Notes: a model not told the origin generated them from the sequence alone. 43,147 bases of DNA from Desulfovibrio sp. (GCA_031275465.1 JAISOT010000212.1:1-43147); one strand, 5' to 3'. Positions 26,059 through 36,187 are shown, counted from the stretch's first letter. Translations and numbers: made by a program.

Positions 26059-27324
26059 TCAGTCGCCGCTCTTTTTACGCCGGACGCGCGGCTTTCCCGC
26101 GGCCTTGCCCCGCGATGCGGGCTGCTTCGCATTCGCAGCCTTTTCCGCGGCGACAAGGCGCATTACAAAATCGGCCAGCACGTTCATGAACGTGATATAC
26201 GCGTCATACGGGTTGCCGAAGGGATTGGGCCTGTCCGAAAGATAGCCGGTGAACCATTTGGTGGACATGTTATAGAAATGATCGGCCGACTGCAAGCGTC
26301 CGTAATCATGCAGCAGAGCAGGATCTCCCAGGGCGCGGACACGCGCGTCAAGGGCGTAAAGGGCATGAATGGCGTCTTTTTGCATATCGTTGCCGAGCCA
26401 CATGGTGAGATCGCGCTCCCTGTCCTTCCAGGAAGTGAAGCCCGGTACATCCACCACGCCCCTGATCTCAATCTTTTTGGCTGCCTCGGACGGGGTCATG
26501 AACCTGAAGCGTTTGTCTTCAAGCAGAGCCGCCGGGAGCGCGGTCATGAAATCGACAATGCCCGTTTCCCTTGAATGGCGGGCACCAAAGGCATGGTAAT
26601 CCCAGAAGAGATTGATGATGTCGGCGCTGTCGGCGACGCCGCGGCACCAACCGGCAAATTTTTCCGCCGTAAGGGGCCAGCTCGCCCATTCCCGGCAACT
26701 GAAATTGATGCTGACGTCCTCGGAGAGGGAAGCGTTGCGCAGGAAAAGACGCGGTTCGGAAACCCCGGGAGCCTGATAGAGGTAATTGGGGCTGCGCCAC
26801 CCGAGCACATGATCGGCTCCCTCGGCCAGCACGGCCTTGAAGCCGGATTTTTGCAGGGCCAGGGCCAGCTCGTTGTTATACACGTACTCCGCATTGCGGA
26901 AGCAGAGCGGTTTTTTGCCGAAAACGTCTTTCAGGCGGGCGCTGTGGGCCTTGACCTGCCTGTCGAATTCTTCTTCGGAGTAGAGAAAGGCCAGGGAATG
27001 GGCCGATGTGCCGGCCACAAACTCCACGCAGCCGGTAGCGGCCAGGGCCTTGAAGCCGTCAATGACCTCCGGGGCGTACTGCTCAAACTGGTCCAGAGCC
27101 GTGCCGGAAATGGCAAAAGCGCATTTGAACGCCTTTTTATAACGGCGGATAAGCCTCAGCATGAGTTCGTTCATGGGCAGATAGCACGCGCGGGCCAGCG
27201 CCATCAGGGAATCGCAGTTGCGGTCGTCGTCCTCGTAGACGGAACTCTGCCCGATATCAAAAACAGTGTAACGCCGCAGACGATACGCCTCATGCACGTC
27301 AAAGCACAGACAAAGAGCCGGCAT
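26059..27324 (-). CDS. GH57 alpha-amylase-type protein
   Basis: CYLPMN, ISGTALDQ, FRNAE, LGWRSPN, WPLTAEKF, WDY, WLGN.MQ. Confidence 0.88.
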   Translation of the reverse strand: MPALCLCFDVHEAYRLRRYTVFDIGQSSVYEDDDRNCDSLMALARACYLPMNELMLRLIRRYKKAFKCAFAISGTALDQFEQYAPEVIDGFKALAATGCVEFVAGTSAHSLAFLYSEEEFDRQVKAHSARLKDVFGKKPLCFRNAEYVYNNELALALQKSGFKAVLAEGADHVLGWRSPNYLYQAPGVSEPRLFLRNASLSEDVSINFSCREWASWPLTAEKFAGWCRGVADSADIINLFWDYHAFGARHSRETGIVDFMTALPAALLEDKRFRFMTPSEAAKKIEIRGVVDVPGFTSWKDRERDLTMWLGNDMQKDAIHALYALDARVRALGDPALLHDYGRLQSADHFYNMSTKWFTGYLSDRPNPFGNPYDAYITFMNVLADFVMRLVAAEKAANAKQPASRGKAAGKPRVRRKKSGD

Positions 27325-27419
27325 CGCTTACCTCCTGATACCAAATTCAAAAAAAGTGCGTCCTGCGGTCCCTATCCGCCAACCGCCTCCCGACCCGATG
27401 GAAATCGCGGGGATTCGCA

Positions 27420-28742
27420 TCAGGCCCGGGCGCATGCGTCGCGGTAAATCGCCATAAGCTGCCCGGCGGCATTCTCCCAGCGGATGGACCTCAGTTCCTG
27501 CCGACAATTTTTCACCAATTCCGCCGCCAGACAAGGATAGCGCAGCACGGCGCAGATTTTGTCCGCCATGTCGCGGGTATCCCAAAAGTCTGCCTTGAGC
27601 GCGTTCTTGAGCACTTCGGATACGCCGGACTGCCGCGAAAGCAGCACCGGAACGTCATAAAGTATGGCCTCCAGCGGGGTGATGCCGAAGGGTTCGGACA
27701 CGGAGGGCATGACGTACAAATCGCTCAGGGCGAACATGTGGTCCACTTCCTCTCCGCGCAGAAAACCGGCAAAGTGGAAACGGCCGCCTATGCGCAGCTG
27801 CCCGGCGCGCCGTATCAGCTTGGGCAGCATGTCGCCGCTGCCGGCCATGAAAAAGCGGACGTTCGGAAGCCGCTTCAGGACAAGACGGGCGGCCTCCATA
27901 AAATATTCAGGCCCTTTCTGAAAGGTGACGCGCCCCAGAAAGAGCACCCGTTTTTCGTGGCGTATGCGGGGCGGCACGACATAATGCCGCTCCGCCTCGT
28001 GGCGGGCGACGGCGTTGTGCACCACGACAACCTTGTCCTGCGGCACGCCGTAGCGCTCAACGACGGTCCTGCTGGTCAAATGGCTCACAGCCACCACACG
28101 GTCGGCCGTCATAAGGCCGGCGCGCTCCATGCCGGCCACCTGAACGTTTATGTTCTCCCCGCAGCGGTCAAATTCCGTGGCGTGGATATGCGCCACCAAC
28201 GGCCTGCCCGTCAGGGCCTTGACAAGCATCCCGGCGGGATAGGTCATCCAGTCGTGCGCATGGACGACGTCAAAGGACTCCCTGAGGGCTAGGGCCGCCG
28301 CCAGACGGCTGTAGCGGCGCACTTCGCTCATCAGGTCAGGCCCGTAACCGCCCTGAATGTCGTAGGTGAATGAATGGGCGGACAGGCGCGCCTCACCGTA
28401 TTCCCGGTCCGGCGCGCGCCCCAGCCAGCGTACGGTTTCCGCGTAGGCCTCCGGAGTGCAGTAGGGAAAAATAGGGCTGTCCAGCTCAAGAAAACGAACG
28501 CTTTCCCGCCAGACGCTTTGGCCGGCCAGAAAGATGCGGGAAGCCGCCTCCCTGGTAATGGGCGTGCCGGAAGCGGAAGCGAGACGCAGAAAATCGCTCT
28601 CCCCTCCTCCTTTGACGCGCGGCAGCACAAAGACGATCTCCGCGCCCAGTTTGGCCAGAGCCTGCGTCATGCCGTAGCAGGCGGTGCCCAGGCCTCCGCT
28701 GATGTGCGGCGGAAATTCCCAGCCCAACATGAGTATGCGCAT
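27420..28742 (-). CDS. GT4 glycosyltransferase of the glycogen cluster
   Basis: GWEFPPHISGGLG, HAHDW, HIHATEFDR, GRVTFQKGP, PSVSEPFGITPLEA. Confidence 0.92.
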   Translation of the reverse strand: MRILMLGWEFPPHISGGLGTACYGMTQALAKLGAEIVFVLPRVKGGGESDFLRLASASGTPITREAASRIFLAGQSVWRESVRFLELDSPIFPYCTPEAYAETVRWLGRAPDREYGEARLSAHSFTYDIQGGYGPDLMSEVRRYSRLAAALALRESFDVVHAHDWMTYPAGMLVKALTGRPLVAHIHATEFDRCGENINVQVAGMERAGLMTADRVVAVSHLTSRTVVERYGVPQDKVVVVHNAVARHEAERHYVVPPRIRHEKRVLFLGRVTFQKGPEYFMEAARLVLKRLPNVRFFMAGSGDMLPKLIRRAGQLRIGGRFHFAGFLRGEEVDHMFALSDLYVMPSVSEPFGITPLEAILYDVPVLLSRQSGVSEVLKNALKADFWDTRDMADKICAVLRYPCLAAELVKNCRQELRSIRWENAAGQLMAIYRDACARA

Positions 28743-28772
28743 AATCCCTGCCCTTGCTTGCGTTGTTTGCGG

Positions 28773-30839
28773 CTATTCCCGCTCAAGCGCCAGTGCGGCG
28801 CGGCATACGCCGGCCGTATCTCCCGAGGGAGGATTGGCCAGGAGGCGCGCAATGCGTTTTTCCCAATCGTCGTAGACCCGTGGGGCGGCTTTTTTGAGCG
28901 CGCGCAGCAAACGCGCGCATTCCGCCACGCTCCAGGCCTGGTTTATGCAGCCGTTGGGGCGGTATGGCGGAGAAGCGTCAAAAATCTCGGAAATGCCGCC
29001 CAGACCGGCGTCCGCCAAGTGCTCGCTGAAAAGAGGCGTCAGAGTGTCCAACAGGGCGGCGACGGCGGCATCCACATCCCAGACCGTTCGCAACAGGGCG
29101 TCCCCGTAATGCCCGAGCAACCAGGGCCAGACCGTTCCCTGATGGTAAGCCGCGTCACGGGCGTCCGGCGAGCCTTCATATACCCCCCTGTAGGCCGGAT
29201 CATCCGGGGAAAGCGTGCGCAGGCCAAAGGGAGTCAGAAGCCGGTTGCGCACGCACTCCACCACGCAGGGGCGGTGAATCTCCTCCAGAATGGGATAGGG
29301 CAGGGAAACGGCGAAAATTTGATTGGGCCGGATGGCCTGATCCAGCATGCCGTCGCGCCAGACGTCGCCCAGGTAGCCGCTCTCCCGGGCCACCCAGAAA
29401 TGTTCAAAAAAAGCCGCGCGCATCCCGCGCAGGGCGCCGGTTCCTTCCCATTCGGGCTCGCGGAAAGAGGAGGCCAGATAATCCACAAAGGCCAGCGTGT
29501 TGTACCAGAGGGCGTTGATCTCCACCGGGCAGCCGTGGCGCGGCGTTACCGGACGCCCGTTCACGTTCGCGTCCATCCAGGTGAGCTGGGTATGGGCATT
29601 GCCGGCGTGCAGCAGGCCGAGATCGTCCACAAAAATGTCCATGCCCGGCCCCTGGCGGTACCCCCGCACGATGGCCTTGAGGGCCGGCCAGAACTGCTCG
29701 CGCACAAGGCCGAGGGCACCGGGATTTTCCTTCAGGAAGCACTGTACGGCAAAGGCATACCACAAGGCGGCGTCAACGGAATTGTAGGCGTTGTCGCCGT
29801 CTTCGACAAAATAATTGGGAGCCAGGCCGTTGCGCAGGGCGCCCGCTGTCTGCCTGAGAACATTAAGGCCGAATTCGCTGTTGTTGTTCAGAAAAGTCAA
29901 ACCCGGCAGGGAGATAAGCGCATCGCGGCTCCAGGCGTCAAACCAGTGGTAGCCGGCAAGCACGGCGGAACGGCCCGACGGCGTTGTTATGCAGAACTGC
30001 CTGCCCGTCCGTCCGAGATTGCCGATAAGACCGCCGCCGGCATTGGCGTCCGCCCGCCTGCGCCCGCTCTCGGCCCGCCAGACGTCCTCCGGACGTTCGC
30101 CGCAGGGCGCGGTGCCGACAGCCACGCAGACGCTCCCTTCGCCCGTGATGGGAATTTCCAGCCTGCCGGGCTGAAAAAGATCTTCCTCGCCGGGGAAGCC
30201 GCGCTCGATTTCCTGAAGGTACTCAACATTGTAAAACCAGTCCGGCGACGGGTAAAAAGCGTGTTTGCCGCCCGCCTGCATGAAGAGAGCTGGAAGCCCG
30301 TCATAAGGGGCGATGGAAAAACCGCCCTCCACCCCCTGCGTGCGTGCGCGCAAGGCCGGATTCGCGCGCGTGAGCGCGTGAAAGCTCCGGTAGGCCAGCA
30401 GAGGTTTCAAAATCAGGGTGAGAGGCGGAAGCGCCGACTCCGACCTGACGGAATAACGCAGCACAAGGCGGCTGGAGCCTTCCTGCAGAAGCATTTCCCG
30501 GATGATCCTGACATCGCCGATGCGGTAGGTGAACTCCGGCCACGCGCCGAACTGGAATTGCTCGAGATACTGATGGCCGGCGGGATGGAGAACTCCGGGA
30601 TGACCGCGCGTGGAAAGAAAGAATTCCTTGCCTTCCCCGGAAACCGATTCCTCAAGGGCGGAAAGGAGCACATGCCGTCCGTGTCTGGTATTGGCGACCA
30701 AAAGGCCGTGGTATTTTCGTGTGTTACAGCAGAGTATGCTGCTGGAAGCGTAATCGCCGAGGCCGTTCGTCAACAGCCATTCCTTGCGCAACGCCCTGCG
30801 GGTATTCTGGCAGGCGGCCTTGTCAAAGCTGAAACGCAT
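28773..30839 (-). CDS. Amylo-alpha-1,6-glucosidase (GH133 debranching enzyme)
   Basis: EWLLTNGLG, TRKYHGLL, GYHWF..W.RD, QLTWMDA, VEINALW, YHQGTVWPW, QAWSVAE. Confidence 0.92.
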   Translation of the reverse strand: MRFSFDKAACQNTRRALRKEWLLTNGLGDYASSSILCCNTRKYHGLLVANTRHGRHVLLSALEESVSGEGKEFFLSTRGHPGVLHPAGHQYLEQFQFGAWPEFTYRIGDVRIIREMLLQEGSSRLVLRYSVRSESALPPLTLILKPLLAYRSFHALTRANPALRARTQGVEGGFSIAPYDGLPALFMQAGGKHAFYPSPDWFYNVEYLQEIERGFPGEEDLFQPGRLEIPITGEGSVCVAVGTAPCGERPEDVWRAESGRRRADANAGGGLIGNLGRTGRQFCITTPSGRSAVLAGYHWFDAWSRDALISLPGLTFLNNNSEFGLNVLRQTAGALRNGLAPNYFVEDGDNAYNSVDAALWYAFAVQCFLKENPGALGLVREQFWPALKAIVRGYRQGPGMDIFVDDLGLLHAGNAHTQLTWMDANVNGRPVTPRHGCPVEINALWYNTLAFVDYLASSFREPEWEGTGALRGMRAAFFEHFWVARESGYLGDVWRDGMLDQAIRPNQIFAVSLPYPILEEIHRPCVVECVRNRLLTPFGLRTLSPDDPAYRGVYEGSPDARDAAYHQGTVWPWLLGHYGDALLRTVWDVDAAVAALLDTLTPLFSEHLADAGLGGISEIFDASPPYRPNGCINQAWSVAECARLLRALKKAAPRVYDDWEKRIARLLANPPSGDTAGVCRAALALERE

Positions 30840-30928
30840 CAAGCCCCCCTTTCCGCACAGGATGTGCCCTGCTTTATCTTATTGCGAATTATGGCGAAAC
30901 ATGTGGCGCGATTAACCTTATGCTTGTC

Positions 30929-30957
30929 CACTTACCCCCTTGTGTGCCCCCTGTCAA
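30929..30957 (-). promoter_or_regulatory. sigma70-type promoter of the glycogen cluster
   Basis: TTGACA-N17-TAAGTG. Confidence 0.45.
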
Positions 30958-31020
30958 GCGCGCGCGGGAAATAAGATGCGCGCCGGCGGAAAACCCGGCG
31001 CGGCCAGTCCGGCCCGGACG

Positions 31021-32400
31021 TCAGCACCCGCTCACGCAGAGGGCAAGTCCCCCTCCCGCGGTTTCCTTGTACTTGCGGTCCATGTCATGCCCGGTTTCGC
31101 CCATGGCCTGTATCGCCATGTCCAGACTCACCCTGTGCTTGTCCGGATCTTCGGCCGTCGCCATCAGGCAGGCGTTATAGGCCTTGAGCGCGCCCATGGC
31201 GTTACGCTCGATACAGGGTATCTGCACATACCCCCCCACGGCATCGCAGGTCAAGCCCAGATGATGTTCCAGAGCGATTTCCGCCGCGTTTTCCACTATG
31301 CGCGGCGGGTACCCCCTGGCCTGGGCCAGCATGGCGGCAGCCATGGCCGAGGCCACGCCCACTTCGCCCTGGCAGCCCACCTCCGCGCCGGCGATGCCCG
31401 CGTTATGTTTGGCCAGGAACCCCACCGCCGCCGCGGCCAGCAAACCGTCGCGCACCGCCTGGGGGCCGAAGCCCAGATAGCCCTCCATGATGGTCAGCAT
31501 GGCGGGCATAACCCCGGCGGACCCGCAGGTGGGAGCAGTGACGATAATGCCGCCCGCGGCGTTCTCCTCCGCGACGGCGAAGGCATAGGCGTTGAGCAGG
31601 CCCAAAAAGCGGTTCAGGGGATCATCCATGCAGTCCGCCCGGTGCGCCAGGCGCGCGGCCTTGCGGTAAACCCTGAGCACTCCCGGCAGCATCCCCTCGG
31701 CGCGTATGCCCCTGTTCACGCAACGGCGCATCAGCTCAATCACGGCGTCCAGCTCCGCCTGAATTTCCGGACGGCCGCGTCCGGTCAGGGCCGTTTCATT
31801 GGCCATGACAATCTGCGGCAGGCTGAGGCCGCTTTCCTCCACCAGGGCGCTCAGGCCGCTGGCGGACTCGAAGGGATAGGGAGGGGAACCGCGTTCCGGC
31901 GCGCTCCAGCCGTCCCATTGGATAAAGCCCCCGCCCACGGAATAGCAGATCCGTTCCAGAACGGGTTTCCCTTCGGCGTCCGACAAGGAAAAAATCAACG
32001 TATTGCTGAACGGGTATCCATGCTCCAGCTCGCCGAAAACAACGGTATTTTCATCCAGCCCCAGCACAGCCCCGTCCAGGCTGATCGCGCGCTCGCCGGG
32101 CGGCAGCTCCAGCGCCCCGGCGGGCAGGCCATCGGGGCAGGAACGGGGATCGTAGCCCATAAGCCCCGCGAGCACGGCTTTATCCGTGCCGTGTCCCCTG
32201 CCGGTGGCGCTCAGGGAACCCAAAAGGCGCACGGTGAGCGAAACGCCCCGGCCTTTGTCCTCCCCGGGCAACAGCTCAAGCAGATTCCGGAAATCCAGGC
32301 CGGCCAGCATGGGGCCTATGGTGTGCGAACTCGAAGGTCCGGGCCCGGCCTTGAACAACTCAAAAACGGAAGTGGTGATCGGGCGCGCTGCCTGCTTCAT
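31021..32400 (-). CDS. sdaA: L-serine ammonia-lyase, Fe-S, single chain
   Basis: GPGPSSSHT, TGRGHGTD, APTCGSAG, GAEVGCQGEVG, GLTCD, VQIPCIERN. Confidence 0.95.
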   Translation of the reverse strand: MKQAARPITTSVFELFKAGPGPSSSHTIGPMLAGLDFRNLLELLPGEDKGRGVSLTVRLLGSLSATGRGHGTDKAVLAGLMGYDPRSCPDGLPAGALELPPGERAISLDGAVLGLDENTVVFGELEHGYPFSNTLIFSLSDAEGKPVLERICYSVGGGFIQWDGWSAPERGSPPYPFESASGLSALVEESGLSLPQIVMANETALTGRGRPEIQAELDAVIELMRRCVNRGIRAEGMLPGVLRVYRKAARLAHRADCMDDPLNRFLGLLNAYAFAVAEENAAGGIIVTAPTCGSAGVMPAMLTIMEGYLGFGPQAVRDGLLAAAAVGFLAKHNAGIAGAEVGCQGEVGVASAMAAAMLAQARGYPPRIVENAAEIALEHHLGLTCDAVGGYVQIPCIERNAMGALKAYNACLMATAEDPDKHRVSLDMAIQAMGETGHDMDRKYKETAGGGLALCVSGC

Positions 32401-32564
32401 GCGGTATTCTCCGAAATTTCTCCGTGTTGCGCGGCTGCGGGGCAGCCGGAAACGGCGGCCGGGCCGGAAAGACAGTTCATGTTATAATACCGGCGGCGAC
32501 AATTGTTAAGAGATTTTCGCCCGCCTCAGAGCCTATTGTTTTGAACGCCGGCGTTGCCGGGGCA

Positions 32565-33131
32565 TTATCCTTCCACCAACTCCGCGTACACTTTTCGCAG
32601 GCGCTTCCGCAGATGGAGAACGGCCGCGCGCTTGCGCGAGAGCAGGGTATTCACCGGCGTCCCGCTCTCTTCGGAGAGCCGCCTGAAGGAATAGCCCAGC
32701 AGTTCAGTTTTTTCAAAAGCCTCGCGCTGGGCAAGGGGAAGCTCGGACAGGGCGTCCTCAAGCTCTTCCCAGAACAGTTTGGCCAGATATTCTTCTTCAA
32801 TGCCGGGAGCCTCCCCGAACATGATGTCCGCAAGCCCGTCATCCGGCATCCAGTCCTCGCCGTTTTCGCCGCCGTCCGGCAGGCGCAGCTCGCTTTTTTT
32901 GCGCGAGCGATCAATGATTTCGTTGCGGGCCACCTTGAGCATCCAGGCCATGGCCTGCTCCACAGGCTGCATCAGCGTGTTGATGCGGATATACTGATAC
33001 AGGACATCCTGTACCACATCATCCACCTCGTCTCCGGAAGGCAGACGTTTGCGGATGAACGTCCGCAGGCGCTTCCTGCAGGATTGCAGGAAGGATTGCG
33101 AGCCGGGGGCCGGCGGCCTTGAGCCGGTCAC
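32565..33131 (-). CDS. ECF sigma-70 factor
   Basis: Region 2 DDVVQDV and AWMLKVARNEIIDRSRKK; region 4 ALSELP..QRE and GTPVNTLLSRK; probable GTG start 33131. Confidence 0.88.
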   Translation of the reverse strand: MTGSRPPAPGSQSFLQSCRKRLRTFIRKRLPSGDEVDDVVQDVLYQYIRINTLMQPVEQAMAWMLKVARNEIIDRSRKKSELRLPDGGENGEDWMPDDGLADIMFGEAPGIEEEYLAKLFWEELEDALSELPLAQREAFEKTELLGYSFRRLSEESGTPVNTLLSRKRAAVLHLRKRLRKVYAELVEG

Positions 33132-33144
33132 GCGATCCGTCCTT

Positions 33145-33516
33145 TTACCCGTCCTCGCCGCCGGGGCCGTTATCCGCCCCGCCGCGCGCGCGCCCATGAT
33201 GCCCGGAGCCGGGGCAGCCGGAATGCCCGCCCCATCTGCGGGCAAAACGCTCATGCGCCTTGCGCATCAGCTCTTCGCGCTCATCCCGGCTCAGGTTGTG
33301 CGTCAGGCCGCGCATGCCCGGCCTGACGCCGCCCAGGCCGAGGCCGCCGAAAAGGATGCGGCAGAGCGCCAGAAGTCCCGCGGCCTGAAGGTAGTTTATA
33401 TCCGCCACTCCCAGCAGGTTCGGCAGCATGGCGTTCCAGAGCAGCATCACGGCCAGGCTGAAGGCCGCAAACATCGCGATGACGCCGATAAAAAGAAGAG
33501 GTCTGTGCCCACGCAT
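33145..33516 (-). CDS. Small membrane protein upstream of the ECF sigma
   Basis: Hydrophobic VMLLWNAMLP..INYLQAAGLLALCRILFGG, then a Gly/Arg-rich tail; AAGGAG RBS. Confidence 0.75.
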   Translation of the reverse strand: MRGHRPLLFIGVIAMFAAFSLAVMLLWNAMLPNLLGVADINYLQAAGLLALCRILFGGLGLGGVRPGMRGLTHNLSRDEREELMRKAHERFARRWGGHSGCPGSGHHGRARGGADNGPGGEDG

Positions 33517-33622
33517 GACTTGGCTCCTTTGTCTTCAATTTCCGCGACTCGCGCGGCGCAGCCCGAAGGAAGGCCGGGGGATGCTTAAAAAAGCGCAACG
33601 CTCCGGGCGGAAGCCGGCGACG

Positions 33623-33880
33623 TCATTCAAAGCAGCGTCTCCCCGGGGGGCAGGGACGGGACTTGCCGTGCGGGCATTGAAGACATTGGGCCGGGATGTC
33701 CGGCGCGCCATGTTCCCCGCGAGGCTCTCTTTCAAGCCCCCGGCAGGCGCCGGCCGTTTCGCCGGGGACATGGCCCGGAAGAAATCCCGCGCGCCGACGC
33801 CCGCGCCTTTCTGCCCCCATGGCCTGAAGACAGGCCATGGCCTCCGAAAAAAATCCGCCGTGTCGAAGATGATGCCTCAT
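33623..33880 (-). CDS. Hypothetical His/Cys-rich small protein
   Basis: AGGAG RBS at normal spacing; 85 aa ending CLQCPHGKSRPCPPGRRC. Confidence 0.4.
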   Translation of the reverse strand: MRHHLRHGGFFSEAMACLQAMGAERRGRRRAGFLPGHVPGETAGACRGLEREPRGEHGAPDIPAQCLQCPHGKSRPCPPGRRCFE

Positions 33881-33916
33881 TGTTGTTCTCCTGATAGATT
33901 GTTTGTCTTGTCAAGG

Positions 33917-33944
33917 TAGACGAATGAGGACGAAAAATATTGTG
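33917..33944 (-). promoter_or_regulatory. Candidate ECF-type promoter
   Basis: CACAAT-N16-CGTCTA, similar to the ECF AAC-N16/17-CGT pattern. Confidence 0.4.
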
Positions 33945-33998
33945 CGCTTTTTGAAAAAAAAATGAAGAAGCGTCGGGCAGGTTGCGGTCAGGCAGTCA

Positions 33999-35867
33999 TC
34001 ACTCATGACGGTACTTCCACATCAGCAGACGGGTGGAATTCAGCACAATCAGCAATGCTCCCGCGTTGTGCGCCAAAGCGCCGACAACCGGCCCCATGAG
34101 GCCCATAGCCGCAAGAAGTACAGTGACGGCATTCAGAATCACAGACACGATGATGTTGATCTTGATGGTCAATGCCGTTTTTCTGGCCAGCATGATAAGC
34201 TGGGGAAGCCGTTTGATGTCGTCCCGCACAAGCACGGCGTCGGCGGCGTCCAGGGCTATGTCGCTTCCCACGCTTCCCATGGCAAGACCGACATGGGCCG
34301 CTTTCAGGGCAGGGGCGTCATTTATCCCGTCGCCGACCATGCAGACTTTATCGAAGTTGAGCTCCTGCAATTCGGTTTTGATGATGCTTACTTTGTCCTC
34401 GGGCAGCAATTCGGCTCTGACCTGATCAATGCCAACGGCTTCGGCAATATTTTTCGCGGCCTGCGCATTATCGCCGGTCAGCAGCGTAGTCCGGATTTTT
34501 TCGCAATGGAGCCTGTCCACGGTTTCCCTGGCATCGGAACGCAGCGTGTCGGCAAGAGCAATAATTCCGGCAACAGTGTTATCAACGGCGATATAGACAA
34601 CCGTACTGCCGGACTTCCTGTATCGCTCAACGGCGCGGCTGATCTCCCCGGTCGGCTTCATGCCGTTGTCAAGCATCAGCTGCAGGGTGCCGCCAAAAGC
34701 CTGCTTGCCGTCCGTTTTGACCGATACGCCCCTGCCGGGAATTGTGGTGAAGCGCTCCAGATTTTTCGGGCTGATCCCCTGATTCCTTGCGTGGCGCACT
34801 ATGGCCCGGCCCAAGGGATGTTCCGAGCGCTGCTCAATGGTGGTCGCCAGGCAGAGCAATGCCGCATCGGTCAAATCCGGCGAAAAAGAGCGCGCAGCCA
34901 CGACTTCCGGTTTGCCGCGGGTCAATGTGCCCGTCTTGTCGAACGCGACCCGCGTGACTTGCGCCAGACGCTCAAGAGCGTCGCCGGAGGATATCAGCAC
35001 GCCGAAGCGGGTGGCATTGCCGATGCCTGCCATGATGGCCGTTGGCGTGGAGAGCACCAGGGCGCAAGGGCAGAAAACAACCAAAATGGTAACGGCTCTG
35101 ATGAGTTCCCCGGTGCAGAACCATGTGCCGACGGCCGTGAGCAGGGCGGCAATGACTATCCAGGTCGCCCAACGATCCATGATGCGCACGACAGGCGCCT
35201 TTGAGGCATCCGCCGATTCGACAAGACGAATCATGCGCTGCAGCGAACTGTCCACGCCTGCCTTTGTGGCACGCATGTCGAATGCGCCCAGCTGGTTGAC
35301 GGTTCCGCTGAAAACTTCATCGTTTATGCCTTTGTCCACAGGCAGGGATTCGCCGGTCATCAGAGACTGGTCAACGGCCGTCTGGCCGAAAGCGACAACG
35401 CCGTCAACGGCAATGGTTTCGCCGGGGAGCACCCGCAGCATGTCGCCGACCTTCACATCTTCCGCAGGAATGACGGATTCGGAGCCGTCACGCAGGACGC
35501 GCGCCGTATGGGGTGTCATGTCCACCAGTTTCTCAATGCCTTCGCGGGCTTTGCGCACGGTGCGCTCCTCAAGCAGCGAGCCGAGCGACATGATGAAAGC
35601 CACTTCGCCTGCCGCGAAGATTTCCCCTATATGAAGCGCCGCGACCAGCGCCATGGCGACCAGCACGTCCGCCTTGATGTCGAAGCCGACCGCAAGGCCG
35701 ACAATGGCCCCCCTGAGAATGGGAAAGCCGCAAAGCACAATGGCTATCCACGCAGGATCAAAGGGCAGTTGTCCCCACAGGCCGAAAAAGCTGAACGCCA
35801 GGGCAAAGCCGCCGATGGAGGCGAGCAGAAAATGTCTTTTTTCCCCGTCCACGACAAGTTCCTTCAA
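33999..35867 (-). CDS. Heavy-metal P1B-type ATPase without an N-terminal metal-binding domain
   Basis: TGES, CPC, DKTGTLT, SEHP, TGDN, GDGINDAP; TTG start after GGGAGGA. Confidence 0.93.
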   Translation of the reverse strand: MKELVVDGEKRHFLLASIGGFALAFSFFGLWGQLPFDPAWIAIVLCGFPILRGAIVGLAVGFDIKADVLVAMALVAALHIGEIFAAGEVAFIMSLGSLLEERTVRKAREGIEKLVDMTPHTARVLRDGSESVIPAEDVKVGDMLRVLPGETIAVDGVVAFGQTAVDQSLMTGESLPVDKGINDEVFSGTVNQLGAFDMRATKAGVDSSLQRMIRLVESADASKAPVVRIMDRWATWIVIAALLTAVGTWFCTGELIRAVTILVVFCPCALVLSTPTAIMAGIGNATRFGVLISSGDALERLAQVTRVAFDKTGTLTRGKPEVVAARSFSPDLTDAALLCLATTIEQRSEHPLGRAIVRHARNQGISPKNLERFTTIPGRGVSVKTDGKQAFGGTLQLMLDNGMKPTGEISRAVERYRKSGSTVVYIAVDNTVAGIIALADTLRSDARETVDRLHCEKIRTTLLTGDNAQAAKNIAEAVGIDQVRAELLPEDKVSIIKTELQELNFDKVCMVGDGINDAPALKAAHVGLAMGSVGSDIALDAADAVLVRDDIKRLPQLIMLARKTALTIKINIIVSVILNAVTVLLAAMGLMGPVVGALAHNAGALLIVLNSTRLLMWKYRHE

Positions 35868-35888
35868 GCGCCGTCCTCCCCGGATTTG

Positions 35889-35914
35889 GAGCATTTCAAG
35901 TGTGAAACGCTCTA
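35889..35914. repeat. Mini-palindrome matching the IS630 terminal repeats
   Basis: GAGCATTTCA-AGTG-TGAAACGCTC-TA; arms match 42634-42643 and 42995-43006. Confidence 0.6.
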
Positions 35915-36187
35915 CGTCATACGAGAGAATTGCTCTATCGCATCAGCCAATTTTTTCAGCGTATTGTCGGCGTCGCCCCCGGCTATGCCGGCCAGCACGC
36001 AATGGTGCAGGTGGCCTTGCAGAATAACCTGTCCCGTTTTGTGCAGCGCGGCTTTGGCGGCTCCAATCTGAACAAGGATGTCTTCGCAGGGCACGTCTTT
36101 CCGAACCATGTTCATGATGCCGCGCACCTGTCCCTCAATTCTTTTCAAACGGGCAACCACCGCATCCACATCCATGCATTCGCGCAT
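35912..36187 (-). CDS. CsoR/RcnR-family metal-sensing repressor
   Basis: RLKRIEGQVRGI, PCEDIL.QI.A, HLHHC. Confidence 0.92.
   Translation of the reverse strand: MRECMDVDAVVARLKRIEGQVRGIMNMVRKDVPCEDILVQIGAAKAALHKTGQVILQGHLHHCVLAGIAGGDADNTLKKLADAIEQFSRMT

Noticed and set aside
28374-32487. 866-aa and 515-aa plus-strand ORFs
   Set aside because: Antisense shadows of the GT4, GH133 and sdaA genes
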